This document shows positions 44,011 to 57,434 of a DNA stretch of 64,000 bases, one piece after another. The notes beneath the pieces were generated by a model that had not been told where the DNA came from, made no database searches, and worked only from the letters and a program-made list of their open reading frames with translations. The translations under genes were made by a program, and so were the position numbers. The number at the start of each line of letters is the position of its first letter. The stretch's first letter is position 1. The DNA is from Lama guanicoe. Lineage: Eukaryota. The stretch lies in NCBI GenBank assembly GCA_013239625.1, contig MU054212.1, positions 7,290,270 through 7,354,269 of the forward strand, read 5' to 3'.

Positions 44011-46311
44011 GAAAGTTCTGATCAGAAAGCTAAAAAGCCATTTCACTGGAATCTCTCATTATATGAAACATTAATTTGCCACCTAACACTGGAAGGCTGA
44101 AAACCATCAGCTACTTAGCCTTCAAAATTAGTAACAGTTGTCTAACAGGAGTAAATATTTTTTAAATGCTTTACAAGAAGTAATTGGTTATAAATTGTTC
44201 TAGCCAAATGAGGGAATATTATTCAATAACTATAATATTGCAAAAAGATAGTTAATGACATGGGGAAATAATTCACACTATATTAAGTTGAAAAAGAGAA
44301 TTTAAAAGTGTTGAGTAAAAACAGACATTAGTATTATTTAAAGAACCCAACAACTATACACTGAGAAGACAATATAAATAATAGCAAGTGACTATCAACG
44401 TTTAATTAAGGTTTGGAGATTTTGAGTAATTTTGTTCTTTGTCTTTTCTGAATTCTTCAGTATTTCTTCTTTGAATATATAAGACTTCTGTTAGCAGATT
44501 TTTAAAGCTATTAAAAGTAATGGCAACTTTAAATTATTAGGAAAAGAACTATGTCCATCTAGAAAGTCATCCTGAGTAATGTTAAAATTTTAAACTATAT
44601 TCATAGAATATTGGGTCATTAGTTTTAATATTTTAAAGCTTTACTTTCTCACAGTTGAATATGCTAGTTTACATTGAAGAAATAGGTTAGATGAATGTTA
44701 CCTATCTGAAGATATTTTGTTGACAATAATGTTGCCTTTTAGTACTCTAAACAGTAAGAGAGGAGATAAAACAATAAGTATATTTTTGCAGTAAATTTAT
44801 CAAATTTCTGCTGCCACCCAGTGGCTGCCTCATCTGTTTTACTATTGTTCACCCAGCTAAGTGACCAGCAAAGCTGCTCTACGTTTGTTAAGTAAAATCA
44901 GCCTGCCTAGAAGAAGCAGTGATTTTCTAGCTCTAAGAATGACCAGTTAAACGACATCAAGTAATAGAATTTTTTTCAAGAGATCAGTACTAAGACGTTT
45001 TGGATCCACCTAACTCATTTGTCAGCAACCCTGTTTGTTCCACAGGTTCTTGCATCTCTTGCTGTAACAGAGTCCTTCTCAAGCTAATGTTCCCCGAGTC
45101 CCATGCAGGGGACAGTTGCCACACAGCAGCAGTTAACACACAGCATCAGTTAACGCCTGCTCTCTGCATGGGATCCAGTCACTTTTAACTCTCAGAGAAG
45201 AGAAAAGCTGGGGCCAAATGACACCTGGACATCTCCGGAGGGCTGTCACCCACAGTTCAGTAGGAGCATAACCAGACAAAACAGGACTGGCAGGTCTCCT
45301 AAGAGCTGAAGCAAGGTCGCCAGAGTATGATGTAAACGATAATATATAAAAAGCATGAAGGAAAAAATAAGGAAAAAACAGTATCTGAACAAGATCCAGT
45401 TCCAGTGCAAAGAAATTTTAGAACACAAGCCACATCTAGAAAATCAAATGAGAAAAGCAAAGGTCAAATATGTAAATCAGTGTGTAGATAGGTTTGCAAA
45501 AGCCTTGGGATAAGAATGGTGAATAAACACCAAAATATTATCATTGGTTACATGACGTGGGTGGAATAAAAGGAGAAAACTACCTTTCTCCCCTCTCTAC
45601 TTTTTTACCTGTTACAGTGAACATACATAACAATAAATGTGATTTTTTGAAAAATTGTGTGTAATACTTATTGTGAAATAGAAGGAAAATAGAACAAGCA
45701 CTGGGCTAGTGACTCCTTCTTGTAGTTCTTCGAGTAGGAAGAGAGAAAGAGCCACCTGAAATCGTCATCAGGTCTGTAAAAGGGTCCTTTTTCCAAAAAA
45801 GGCATGAGTGTAGGAAAGAGTAAAGGCTGAGATGCCGCCACACAGAGCAAAATAATTGGGGGGTCCGAGTAGAGCCAGGTCAACACGTGTAAAATGGAGA
45901 CATCCTTTGACTGAAAGGTAACTCCCAAATTTGAAGCCAATGCTAAATCAAGCTTATGAAAGGGCAATGTCAAAAAGTAACCTAGGAGCTAAAGGAAGAT
46001 GAATAAAAAAATCCCTCGTGTGGAAACATGGCACATTTCAAGTTTGGACTGAGCCACAGTGTCCGACAGTGGTTGTTCTGAACAGGGCAGACTGGAAAAC
46101 CCTTCAGTAACTGTGAAAATCATACCCATGCCTGATGCGTGTGAGTCATTAATTCTAAAGCAGGGAAGTGGCTTTGGAGGATCTGGAGGATAGAGCGTGG
46201 ATTGGTCAGTTGCAAAGATTTGCATCTCAGAGCCTTATCATTCCTACATAGATCTTTTTTTGGCCTAGGCTGTTATTTTAAGCGTAGAGGGATAGGCATG
46301 ATTTATACTTG

Positions 46312-46315
<4 letters not shown>

Positions 46316-46342
<27 letters not shown>
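46316..46342. repeat. (TG)n microsatellite
   Basis: Perfect TG run. Confidence 0.95.
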
Positions 46343-47309
46343 CCGTCTGTCCCAAGGTTCTTGTCTCTAAGACACCCTTTTGGTTTGGCTTGTTCCTGAC
46401 AGATTTTGACTTTGGACAGCTATGACCTCAAAGACATACAGAGATCTGTTTTTTATTTCAGTCTTCTTGGAGAATTATCTCCTTGAAAATCTAAAAGAGA
46501 TAAACTTTTGATAACCTTCAGGTAACCAATTTAGAAACATAGTTATGTTGTTAAATTGAGAATATATAAAATGACTTAGCACGTTTTTGTTTGAATTGTG
46601 TTTCTGAACCGTTTGAAAACCAATTAATCAAAATTTATTTTAGTTTCAGAATAGTAAGAGTTGATATATGTTTATATTACTGAGGAAACTGCCAATGTTC
46701 AGTAAACAAAACAGAAAATACATTAGGGCCAATTAAAGTGTTTGCTTCAATGTCTTTATAAGATTGAATACTTGCTGACGACCTGTATAGAGTAGCCTCT
46801 CCCACTCACTTCTCTCTCTTCCCCTCACCTGCTTTATTCTCTTCTGTATAATTATCATTACCAAAGCCAAGGCTTGAAGAATGGCTTGGGATAAGAATAA
46901 AAGCACAGCAATAAGTTATATAACACAGATATAACATAGATGCTTTTCTTTTTTTTTTTTATCATGAAGTTAGCTCAACTGGGAGATTGGTTGACTTTTT
47001 CTTAAGAAAAGAAAAGAAAGAAGAAGGAAAAAAGGACTATTTTCAAACACAAACTGTCTTTAACCAGTACTGATATCTATTTAGGATGCAAACCGTATTA
47101 ACTGTTTCTTGATTTGTATTGTGATGGCCTTAGACATAGTCTCATTTAACTTTATAAACAAACAAATTCAGGCGTGAGCTCATTAAATCTTTGTATCTTC
47201 ATTGCTTCCACTTTTAGTTCCTATTTGGTAGTTATATATCTTATACTAAATCAGTTATATTAGATAAAGCAAAGTTCCTAAGTTCTTAAGTATTAGTATG
47301 ATAAGAGTG

Positions 47310-47440
47310 AACTTGGATGCTTGTTGAAAAGGCAGATTCTGGGTATCTACCATCAGAATTGGTTTATCAGGAACAGAAGGCAAGAATCTGTATATGCAGT
47401 GGGCAACTCAGGTGATTCTGATACACGTAGTCTAGAGATT
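47310..47440. mobile_element. MER5-type fragment
   Basis: gcttgttgaaaaggcagattctggg...aagaatctgtat...caggtgattctgatacac. Confidence 0.55.
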
Positions 47441-49149
47441 TAGAGTATGTGATTGTCATCTGCTTTTACTATATTCTGATACATAGTGTAACTCTAATAA
47501 CCCCTTTTAGAAGTCAAGTTCTGGAGAAAAGTGGACAGTGAAGAAAAGACATTAATATCAATACCTTTGACATGAACACTTACATTGAGGATGATGGTTT
47601 GCCAGATCTGTGAAGAAAGTATATGGGCTGGGACTTTCCAAACATATGAAATGAACTCATTTCACAGTTTTACACTTTGGCAAGTGATTTTTTTTTCCCT
47701 TTTCCTTTGTTTTTTTAATTTAGTTTCAGATCCAGGGTTTCTGTCTCTTCCATTTTACCTTTTTAATTTATTTAACTGTTCACCCCATAGGCTATTTGAG
47801 TAGGGGGATAAAAGTTAAGTTTTTGACAAGTTGAAATCCAGTCTGAGTTTTCATGTACCTAATATTATATTAGACTTTTCATTCAGGAGCATTTCACTTG
47901 AAAAGCAGATGTGTCCTGCTGGTTGAAAGTAAAGTCTCTTAGCTTTGACTTATTTTCCAACTTGTAATCAACCCTTATGCTGAATCAACTAGAGTTATGC
48001 CTTTATTTATCTATTCTTGTAGAAATAAGAACTATATGTTTCTTGAAAGGAAATTTCCATCTTTGAACAAGTATGTGTTATTCTAAATATCTTGTATTAT
48101 TTTTGTTTAAATACACATAGAATCATATACCACACATTTTGTACAGAGTTAACTTTATTGCAGTTCATTCACAGGATTGATATTATTGTATTCATAACAT
48201 CCTCCAGATAATTACTGGATTTGCTCAGCTAATCACTAAACAAGATTTTGGGTAATTGTGTAACGCTTACCTTCATAAATACTAATACACAATTTAGCAA
48301 TTTTAAGTTCTATCTTCTCTACTTTTTCAATGCATGCTGTGGAAATACGAATTTGAAAAGAGGGCATTTCAGATATTGGATAATTAACTGCTGCATTGTT
48401 AAAAATTGAATGTTAAAAAGTGAACGGATGACATTTTTCTCATTCTTTAGATTATAAAATAGTAACAAACTAGAACAAATTAGATTACAGGTGAGGTCTT
48501 TAAGCTTTTGATTCACAATGACCAGAAGACCCCCAGACAAAGCTTATAAAAGACTCAGTGATAAAGACTCTTTTGATGTGAATGACTGAGTTCACTTTGC
48601 TCTCACATCACTTCTAAGTACAGTGCTTCCCATTCTGTAAGAGCCATACAGACATGAACGTGACTTACTGTCTTCACTACCTATCTTGCGTGCTCTTTAT
48701 CTACACTGTGGCTTTCTCTAAACTATCCTCCTGAAATACATTGCGTGGCTTTCTCAGAGTATCTGAATTTTACTGCTTCTCGTGTTCAAGTGTGTTTGCC
48801 ATAAGCATAATGTAGCTGGTTTGAAAGAAGGAGTGTGCTTTATTTTTGGTTAACTTCCCAGAGTGCTTTTTATACATAAAGTGGAAAGAACTTGGACTCT
48901 AGAGTCTGAAATCTGTGGTCTGAGCCACAGCTCTGCTGTTAGTGGGTCGGTGATTTTTAATTCTCTGATTCTTCATTGCTTTGGCTAATTTACACACCTT
49001 ACATTCAAGAGTGCAAAGAAAATGTATCATCTTTATGTTCTAGCTGAGGACAGCATGAGGAAAATTTAGAAATTAAATTTGGTCAAATCTGCTAGCCTTA
49101 GTCTGATCCAGTTATTTAAAAGTAATTTATTTAAGGAAGGCCCTCTTTG

Positions 49150-49785
49150 TTTTTTTTTAATAATTGACTTTATTTTTTTTCAGAAGAGTTTTAGGTTCAC
49201 ATAAAAATTGAGGAGATAGTAGAAATAGTCTGCATATACCTTGTGTTCAGTTTTGCCTATTATTAACATATCACATCCCTATGGTGTATTTAGTACAATT
49301 AATGAAACAGTATTGATACATGATTACTAACTAAAGCCCCTAGCTTATTCATATTTCTTTAGTTTTACCCAATGTCTTTTTCTGTTCCAGGATGCCATCT
49401 AAGCTATCAGATTATACTTAGTGAGTATGTCCTCTTAGGGTCCTGTTGGCTGTGACAGTTTTTCCTGAACTTTTCTAGTCTGAGGAGTACTGCTACGGTA
49501 TTTTATAAAACTCCCCTCTGCAGGAATTTCTCTTATGTATTTTTCATGATTGGTTTGGAAACATGAGTTTTAGGGAGGGAGTACAGAATCAAAGTGCTGT
49601 TTTCATCATGCAATATCAAGAATTTATACTATCAACATGATTCTCTACTGCTGATGTCGACCTTGACCACGTGGTTGAGGTGGTGTCTTGTTGGGTTTCT
49701 CTACGTCAACATTACTCAACTTTCCCCCCACCTTCCACACTGTCTTCTTCGAAAAGAGGTCACTATGCACATAGTACACTAAAGG
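49150..49785 (-). mobile_element. Old LINE-1 3' end (L1MC-like)
   Basis: gactttatttttt...agttttaggttcacataaaaattgagg...acagtattgatacatgattactaactaaag...ttttctgttccaggatgcc. Confidence 0.75.
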
Positions 49786-49795
49786 AATCTCCTTC

Positions 49796-50150
49796 TGTGT
49801 TAGTTTCCTATATTAATTTCTTGTTACACAAATTAACACAGACTGGGTAGCTTATAACAACAGACATTTATTCTCTCATAGTTCTAGAGGCCAGAAGTCT
49901 GAAATCAAGGTGTCACCAGGGTCACACTTCCACAGAAAGCTCTAGGGGAGAATCGTTATTTTTTTGTCTTCAAGTTCCAGCCATTCCTTGGCTTGTGGTA
50001 GCATCATGCTAATATCTGTCACAGTCTTCACAGGGGCTTCTCCTGTCTTCTGTCTTGTCCTCCTCTTGTAAGGACATTTGTCATTGGATTTGGGCCCCAC
50101 AGGAATAACCCAGGATGATCTCATCTTGACATCCTTAACATAATTAACCT
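49796..50150 (-). mobile_element. ERVL-MaLR MLT1B/C-type LTR
   Basis: tgtgttagtttcct...acaacagacatttattctctcatagttctagaggccagaagtctgaaatcaaggtgtc...taacccaggatgatctcatct. Confidence 0.85.
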
Positions 50151-50155
50151 CCACC

Positions 50156-50236
50156 TTTTTTTTTTGTTTAAATGGATTGAACCCAGGACCTTGTGCATGC
50201 TGAGCACATGCTCTAACCACTGAGCTGTACCCTCCC
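50156..50236 (-). mobile_element. tRNA-Ala-derived SINE (vic-1 type), small deletion near its 3' end
   Basis: aatgg[lacking aggtactgggg]attgaacccaggaccttgtgcatgctgagcacatgctctaaccactgagctgtaccc; sits at the edge of an MLT1 LTR. Confidence 0.85.
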
Positions 50237-50264
50237 TGCAAATTACCATTTAAATATTTCTACA

Positions 50265-50496
50265 GTTATGGCTCCAGTAGATCCTGCTTCAGATAAGCAG
50301 ATCTAGACTATGTTTCTCTGTGTTCACCTGCCTCTCCAGACTTCCGGGCAGTGATCTGCCCTGTGATGTCAGTTCTCTCATGGTTCCAAGAAAAAGCATC
50401 GATTTTTAGTTTGCTCAGCATTTGGTTGTCGTTGTCGTAATGATGGGAGTGACATCTCCCAGGTTCTTTACATGTCAGAGCTGAATTCAGAAGTCC
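50265..50496 (-). mobile_element. Old LINE-1 extreme 5' end (L1MC/L1MD-type)
   Basis: ...gatgggagtgacatctcccaggttctttacatgtcagagctgaattcagaagtc resembles the reverse complement of remembered L1M 5'-end consensus (gacttccggtttcagctccgacatgtaaagagc). Confidence 0.6.
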
Positions 50497-51979
50497 AGCA
50501 ATATCCTCCTTTAAGTAACTGTCTCCATTTTAGGCTTCCCTTCTCCTTCCTGTGTTCTTCCCTAAGACGGCTTCTGGGCATCGGGGAAGAGAGATACAGG
50601 TGATCTTATCCTGGAGGGGTAGAAGGGCGCCCTTACATATGTCCCTAGGTTCTTGTCTGCCTTTTGTGACTTCTTGGGTCTTCCCGGAGGTGTTGCTTGC
50701 ATCCCTGGTTACTGCTGGCTCAGCAGGTTATCAGCAGCTGAGGTCTGCAGTAGTGAGTCAGTGACCTTTTCTCTCCCAGCTGGGCTCTGAGAGTCACCTC
50801 TGCTGACCCAGCCCCAGCCTGACCTCTCTGAAACTGCAGATCTCCGCAGTGACAGCACTGTGGCCTGTTAATCTGCGTCAGACCATCCCTCATGTGGCTC
50901 CTCGGCAGGGCAGGGACCAAACAGCGGCAAGTCTCCCCCTGAGTCCCAGATAGTCAGAGAACTAAAAGCCTCTCTGCATTTGTCTTTGCCCATATCCTCT
51001 CTAATGATGCTTTTTCTGGGATTTTAACTCAAAGGGAGGGAGGTGGTGACAACCTTGTCTCTCCATCAGCCTCTCATTTTATCTCCTTTTTTGTCTTAGG
51101 AGCCACTCAGGGCCAAGAAGGATGGGCATCTCCCCTTATTCACTCTCTTTCTCCAGGCTCCACTCTATGACCACAGCCTCTTTCTTCCCAGTGTGCCATG
51201 TATCCCTTTTCTATTTTGGAAATTATAATGGTAGAAACACCATGTAGAATCATAACTCAGTGGAGAGAATAAAACATGTTGGTTTAATATTCTCCATGGA
51301 TTCTCATCTTTACAGCTATAAAATAGGCACATTGATATCTATATAAAGGCTCTCTTAATGATTGGTGTAATGTGTTTGCAAACTATTTGGAAAATTCTAA
51401 TTATTATATAAGTATGAGATTCTATGATTTGATACTCAAAGGATAATCACTATCATATAAAATAATACTAATACTATAATTCAGGGGTATCTATTATGTG
51501 TGTTTGGGTACTGAATGGGAAGCTTTCAGCAAAGCAGTAGCCACCATCTGGATTCCTAAACTGGCTACTTGAATTAAGAAGGAAAAAGACAGTAACAAAT
51601 GTTAGAGACTTGTTTCAATAATGTTTCAGCCTATTACTCACCATAAAGTTCTTTGTGTTCCCTCAAAACATTAATAATAGGTAAGTTCTGTGGTAGTGGT
51701 TTTTTTTTTTTCCTTTTCGAGAAGTATGCCTTGGACATCTTTGGGGGCAACTCAAAATAAGGAGGAGAGAGAACAGAGATTCCAAACAGGAAACTCATAG
51801 CCAATTACCCAGAATTTGTTTGTTACTCTCAAAGTACTCAAAGGAACAGTAAGCTGTTCGGGGAACGTTGTGAATCTTCCATCTGGTTCAGCTAGACTGA
51901 AGAATTAGACTCCCTTTTAACAACAAACACACAAAAGAACAAATTCCTCAGGACCAAAGCAGTAACGGACATTTCAGCG

Positions 51980-53320
51980 CAATTTTACTGTGTTCCCATC
52001 ATAAGCAAGGCCTTGAGGCAGGCCATGGAGATAAACGCCTAGGTGAGAATGGCTGGTGTACTCCAGATCTTGTAGTTTAGATGGGAAGATGGCATCGAAA
52101 CAGAAATTTCAAAATAATGTGACAGAGACCCTGACGTAGGTAGCTATGGAAGTCCAGAGAATCATCACGCAGGTCAGAGTCGGGGTTGAAGAATGGCTCT
52201 TGCAAGAACTAATGCTAAGTCTGCATCTTAAATATGGAGTAGGGCTTATCCAGGCAAAGAGAATGGAGATAAACATGTCAAGCAAAGGAAGAATAGAAAG
52301 ACACATGACAGTTTGGTGCAGACAGGAAATTTTAAGCAATTTATTATTCCTGGAGCATAAAGTATAAGTGGAGAATAGTTGGGGGGAGAGGCTGGAAAGG
52401 GATTCGGGAGCCAGGTCGTGGAGGGACCCCGGGGCCGCACTGGAGTCTGGGCTTTACCCAGTGGGTGAGAGTAAGTCAGGGGGGGCTTTTCAGCAGGGTT
52501 GAGACATGGTTGGTTTCATGTGTTGGATGAACCACTCTGATGTCACTGTAGAGAAGAAGGACAGGGAGACACTGGGCAGAGGCACTCATGAACTATCACA
52601 GTAGCTCAGGAAAGAGATGATGAGAACCTGCTCTCTAACAGCAGAGATAATGGGGTTAGATCCAGGAGATGGGTCGGAGCTAGAATAAACAGCATTTGGG
52701 AGCTCACTGAACATGTGTGTGCAGTGGGGAGGGAATGAATAAATGAATGAGGGGACGGATGAGACTAGAATAACCTTTAGCTTTCAGTGTTGAGTACAAA
52801 ACGGCACCGATATCTAAGTTACCTGACAAAGGAGGAGAATCCATTTAGGTGAATGGTGTGAAATTCAATTTGATACCTATTGACTTGGGAGGCATCAAAA
52901 TTGTAATTGTAGTAGGCAATTGAATCAATGATTCTGAAGCTTTGGGAAAAGGCTATTCCTTTTCCTAAATATTAGTATTATCATCAGCTTATAAATAATT
53001 ACATTAGAATGAATGCAAATGTTCCAGGATAGTGTGTAAAGAGGAGAAACCAATGGCCTGAGCACATAACTCTGGGAAACTCCTATGTGAATAGTGCGCG
53101 AAGCACAAGCACTCCCAAAAGTCACTAAGAAGTGACGGTTTGAGTGAAAAAGGAGCAAGAAGAAATGTCATAGAAGGTGAGTGTCAGCAGTGTCATATGC
53201 AGCTAAAAGTACCAGTAAAAGTCAGGATCTAAAGATGGCCTGTGTATTTGGAATCATGGAGTTAAGATTTTCCAAAAAGCATTTGGTGACTGAATGAGTA
53301 CAAAATAAAATTCTGTAATA
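51980..53320 (-). mobile_element. LINE-2 remnant including decayed reverse-transcriptase sequence
   Basis: ORF 52925..53158(-) contains GVSQSYVLRPLVSPLYT, a decayed GVPQGSVLGPLLFSLYT RT motif; purine-rich L2 antisense pattern. Confidence 0.7.
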
Positions 53321-53394
53321 ATTCAAGGTATTTTTTAAAGAGCCAGAGGCCACAACACAGCAGTTGAGGAGTGAATTAAAAGTGAGAAATTGAA

Positions 53395-53464
53395 CAAGTT
53401 CTTACTGTAGAGCCCAGGGAACTACGTTCAATACCTTGTATAACCTATAATGAAAAAGAATATA

Positions 53465-53508
<44 letters not shown>

Positions 53509-53569
53509 ATCACTATGCTGTACACCAGAAACTAACAGAACATTATAAATCAACTAGACTTCAATTTTA
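53395..53569 (+). mobile_element. Short LINE-1 3' end with a perfect 17-bp TSD
   Basis: L1 3' UTR (...actgaatcactatgctgtacaccagaaactaac...) with internal (TA)n; AAAAGTGAGAAATTGAA at 53378-53394 and 53570-53586. Confidence 0.9.
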
Positions 53570-54309
53570 AAAAGTGAGAAATTGAATACAGCAGATACAG
53601 ACAAAACCTTCCAGAAAATTGAGGAAAATGGGAAGACAGGACCAATAGAAAAAGAGTGATGCAAAGTTAAGAGGGTTTTGTTTTGTTTCAGCTCGCTTTC
53701 TTTCTTATTTTTAAATAGAAGAGACTTTAGCATGTTTATGGGTTGAATTTCCTTCCATGGGGGGCGGGGGGTAGAGACCTTGAACCTCCAGGGAAGCAAG
53801 GATGTACTGGAGGGACAAAGAACTGGAGAAAGTGGGGTGGGAGCCAGTTGAAGATACTGGACCTTAAAGGGACAAGATCAGAGAGAAAGTAGTCAGGATG
53901 ACTGCAAATACAGAAGCTGAGCTGGAGAGAAGTCAGTCCATGCACCCTTGGAGAAAACACTGCTAAGAGTGAGGGAGCTGGGCGTTTAATGCAAATGTAA
54001 ATTTTTCTTGACTCTAGGTAAGGATTGCCTATTAAACTGTTTAATTACAGGTGCTTATTGAGTCAATGCTTCAGAGTGCCGAGGCTTTGTGTTCTCAAAG
54101 ATACTCAGGATTAAAGCCTTTTATCTAGACTGTCAAGCAGAAATAGAAAAACAAGCAGTCATAATATTGACTTTCTTTCTGATTAACCTGCCCGTACCAT
54201 TTTAGGGAGAGTAAGAAAAAAAATCCCATGATGCTGGAGAGGTCCTTTTGTCCGTCACCCTCTGGGTTGTGTTGTAGCACGTTTGCCTCCCTGTCTCTCC
54301 CACCAGAGG

Positions 54310-54500
54310 CAGCATGGGGAGAACCCGAGCTTTGGAGCCACAGGGACTGGTTTACACCTTACCCTTTCCATTCAGAAGCTGAATGTCCTTGGGCAAATTA
54401 CTTCACGCCCCTGAACCTCAGCGTCCTGGTATATAAAACACATACAGCTCACAAACCTTCGGCATGGGTTTGGTGTAAAACACAAATGCTGTAAATATTG
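54310..54500 (+). mobile_element. MIR SINE
   Basis: gctttggagccacag...ccttgggcaaattacttcacgcccctgaacctcag. Confidence 0.65.
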
Positions 54501-54619
54501 ACCAGTGCTTGGAATTCACCAGGGCTGCCAGTCTTAGTTCTTTTCCTAGGCTGTGAACCCCTAAAGGGCAGGGGCTGTCTAAGTCCTGGATTCCCGGTTC
54601 TTAGCACAGTCCTGGATAA

Positions 54620-54643
54620 ACACACACACACACACACACACAC
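54620..54643. repeat. (CA)n microsatellite
   Basis: Perfect AC run. Confidence 0.95.
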
Positions 54644-54744
54644 GCACTTAGTAAATGTCAGTTGGTTGAATGAACAAATAAATTAACTAAGGAAGTTCTG
54701 CATCTGATAATATTTTATAATTAAAAAAATCTTTTTTCTTGAAT

Positions 54745-54812
54745 GTTTTGAATTTATTAATCGAAGTGTAGTCGATTTACAATGTTGTGTTAATTTCAGG
54801 TGTACAGCATTA

Positions 54813-54844
<32 letters not shown>

Positions 54845-54925
54845 CTATCTTCCCTTTCATGTTCTTTTTCAATATAGGTTATTACAATAGATTGAATGTA
54901 GTTCCCTGTGCTATACAGTATGAAT
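54745..54925 (-). mobile_element. LINE-1 3' end fragment (same family as 53395 and 16866)
   Basis: gaagtgtagtcgatttacaatgttgtgttaatttcaggtgtacagc...gtagttccctgtgctatacagta. Confidence 0.85.
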
Positions 54926-54934
54926 TTATTGTTT

Positions 54935-55054
54935 ATCTTTTGGGGGGAGGTAATTAGGTTTATTTACTTATTTATCTTAATGGAGGTACTGGGGATTGAA
55001 CCCAGGACCTCATGCCTGCTGAGCCCTCACTCTACGACTGAGCTATACTCTCCC
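54935..55054 (-). mobile_element. tRNA-Ala-derived SINE (vic-1 type, longer tail) inserted at the end of an L1 3' fragment
   Basis: ggggggaggtaattaggtttattt...aatggaggtactggggattgaacccaggacc...gagctatac; diverged direct repeats gaatttattgtttatctt / gaccttactgtttacctt. Confidence 0.85.
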
Positions 55055-57434
55055 TTGACCTTACTGTTTACCTTAATGAGAACAGTATGCACTGATTTGC
55101 TTGAATGTCTCTCCAAAAGCAGAGGCTTTTTGGGATCCTGACCTCCCCCCATGCCAAACACAATGATAGATGATAAGTTTTTTCATTTTTCAAAAATAGA
55201 TGGTAATTTTTTTTGCTAAGGTTGCCTTTGACACCTAATGAAAAATAACTCTGTCCATTTCATTCTTTTTATAAATTTGGTATAGACAAGTGCAAGTGTA
55301 TCCCACAGTAGCAAAATGTTGACTCTTCATGTATCTGTCTCTTTTTCTGGGTGATTTTTCTCATTTTGGAGTTTCCTCCCCAGCTTACTTGTTAGACATG
55401 AAAACATACGTAAAGGAAATGTATGGTTCTCTGCTTTATGTTTCCTGGACACCGCAAGACAGGGCTCCCAAAGAAACTGAATTAAAGTCTAGCTTGGTTA
55501 AAAGCTCCTGCTCCTGGGTCATCAAAAACTGAGTGGGGGGAAAGGTACACTATAAAGAAGGACAGTGAGCACTAACCTTTGCAGAAAGCAGATTATTTAG
55601 GAAAGTGTTGGCCCATATTTCCATGGTGACGGCTGACTTATTTGTTACGTACAGAGAGATTGAGTGACAGCATGGTCAGCCACTGAGTGGTGGGCACTGA
55701 GTTTTCCAGGCACAGAACAAGGCAGAGGGGAAGGGATCATGACATTGGCTCCTACTGGCTGTGTCTACACTGCTGGCTCTCCAGTGGATCCTTTCATTCT
55801 CCGTTCTCTGTTGCTCTACCTCAGGACATAGAAAGGAAAATTTGATTCTGATACCCTCCTTCCGCTCTTCTTCTGCTCCCACTAAAGGGAGCTGCGTGGA
55901 ATCGTCATCCATACCTTTTTTTCCCACAGCTCAGTTTGTCGCCTCAGTTTGTAACTCATTAGCCTGCTCACGAAATGCAAATCCTAGCTGACATTCTGTG
56001 TGCAGCACAGAGGACGGTGGAAGGGCTGTCAGTCCTTGCTCACGGCTCAGGGGACTTCTTCCCCTGGAGGCTTGGCAGGGACATTGGAGGAACATGGGCT
56101 CCAATGGGCAGGAGTGGAGAACTGAAAATCTAAGGAGATGTTTTACCTTCTATAGGTTCTTTAGACTTCCTCCCATCTCCCCTTGTCATATGGTGTCCGG
56201 GGGACTGTTACTGCATGGCCTTATTTTAGGAAACGTATGTCTCTAGTCTCTCATTATAACTCTGCTCTCTGCAGGAAAACAGTTGTGGTACAATCACCAA
56301 GCAGTAGTGATTTTGGCAGAAAATTTCTTTGAATGGATCTAAAGATGGATTCATACTATGTCCGAACAAGGGGGAAATACAATTTGTTTGGTTTTGTTTT
56401 CTGTAGCTTAATTGACCAGTAGAATATGAAACTGAGATATTCCTGTTTTCGTTTTTGTTTTTGTTTTTTTGGTATTTAGAAAACAAAATTACCCCTGTAT
56501 ATAAGGGCATTTATTTTAAAATTCTCCACTATTTTGCCATTCATCAGCTTTTACTACCCATGAGACAAAAAGCTTTACTCCCGTATTTTGAGCATGTTTT
56601 CCTCCCCAAAACATCTTTTTCTTATCTAAGGTTTTTTTTTTCCTTAATGGTCTTTCCCATCAAGAAAGGACTTGATCACATATTATTTCAATTCAATTTT
56701 TTTGGTATTGATTTTAACCCCTTCAGAAATGTAAAAGTAAAATGCATTTCATTACCCCAAGATGTATTACTTTTATGAATTACTCTACTGATTTTTATCT
56801 CCCAGTCATATTTTAGTGGTTATTAATTGGTTGTTTTAATTTAATTTTTTTCCAGACCTCACCCTCTTTCTGTTGTGATCAGCCTTTCCAGAATGACAAT
56901 CATAGTAGCTACAAGTTACTGAGCATATACCTACAAAGTGCGTAAATGCCTGGAAAACATTCCCTTTTCATCCTCCTAACAACCCTCAGGCACCGAATTG
57001 TCACTGTGTCTCTGTGGCCTCAGAGAAGTTACACTCAGGCACTGCACGGCTGACCTGAGATTCACGGCCACATATAGCTAATAAAGCTCCTGTTTTTCCA
57101 CTGCACTTAACTGAAACATTTCAAGCATTTATGAATATGGATTAAATATTTCAGAAACCAAAAATTTTGGCCAAAAAGAAAACTTAATTGCAGGCATATA
57201 AATACAGGTTTATGCCCTCATGTGAATAACTACTAGGTAGAAAATATGAAAGGAAACCATTTAATCAAATGCAGTAGCTTCATCTTTTTTCTTGAACTTA
57301 CAAACTTCCTTTTTATCTATTAAAATCCATGTTTTATGCCTGAGAAATCCTTATTCTATGAATGTTTAAGGATATAATTATAAGAATAGTATAAATGCAG
57401 TGAAAATGGAAAGGACACAAATGGCTATTATTAT

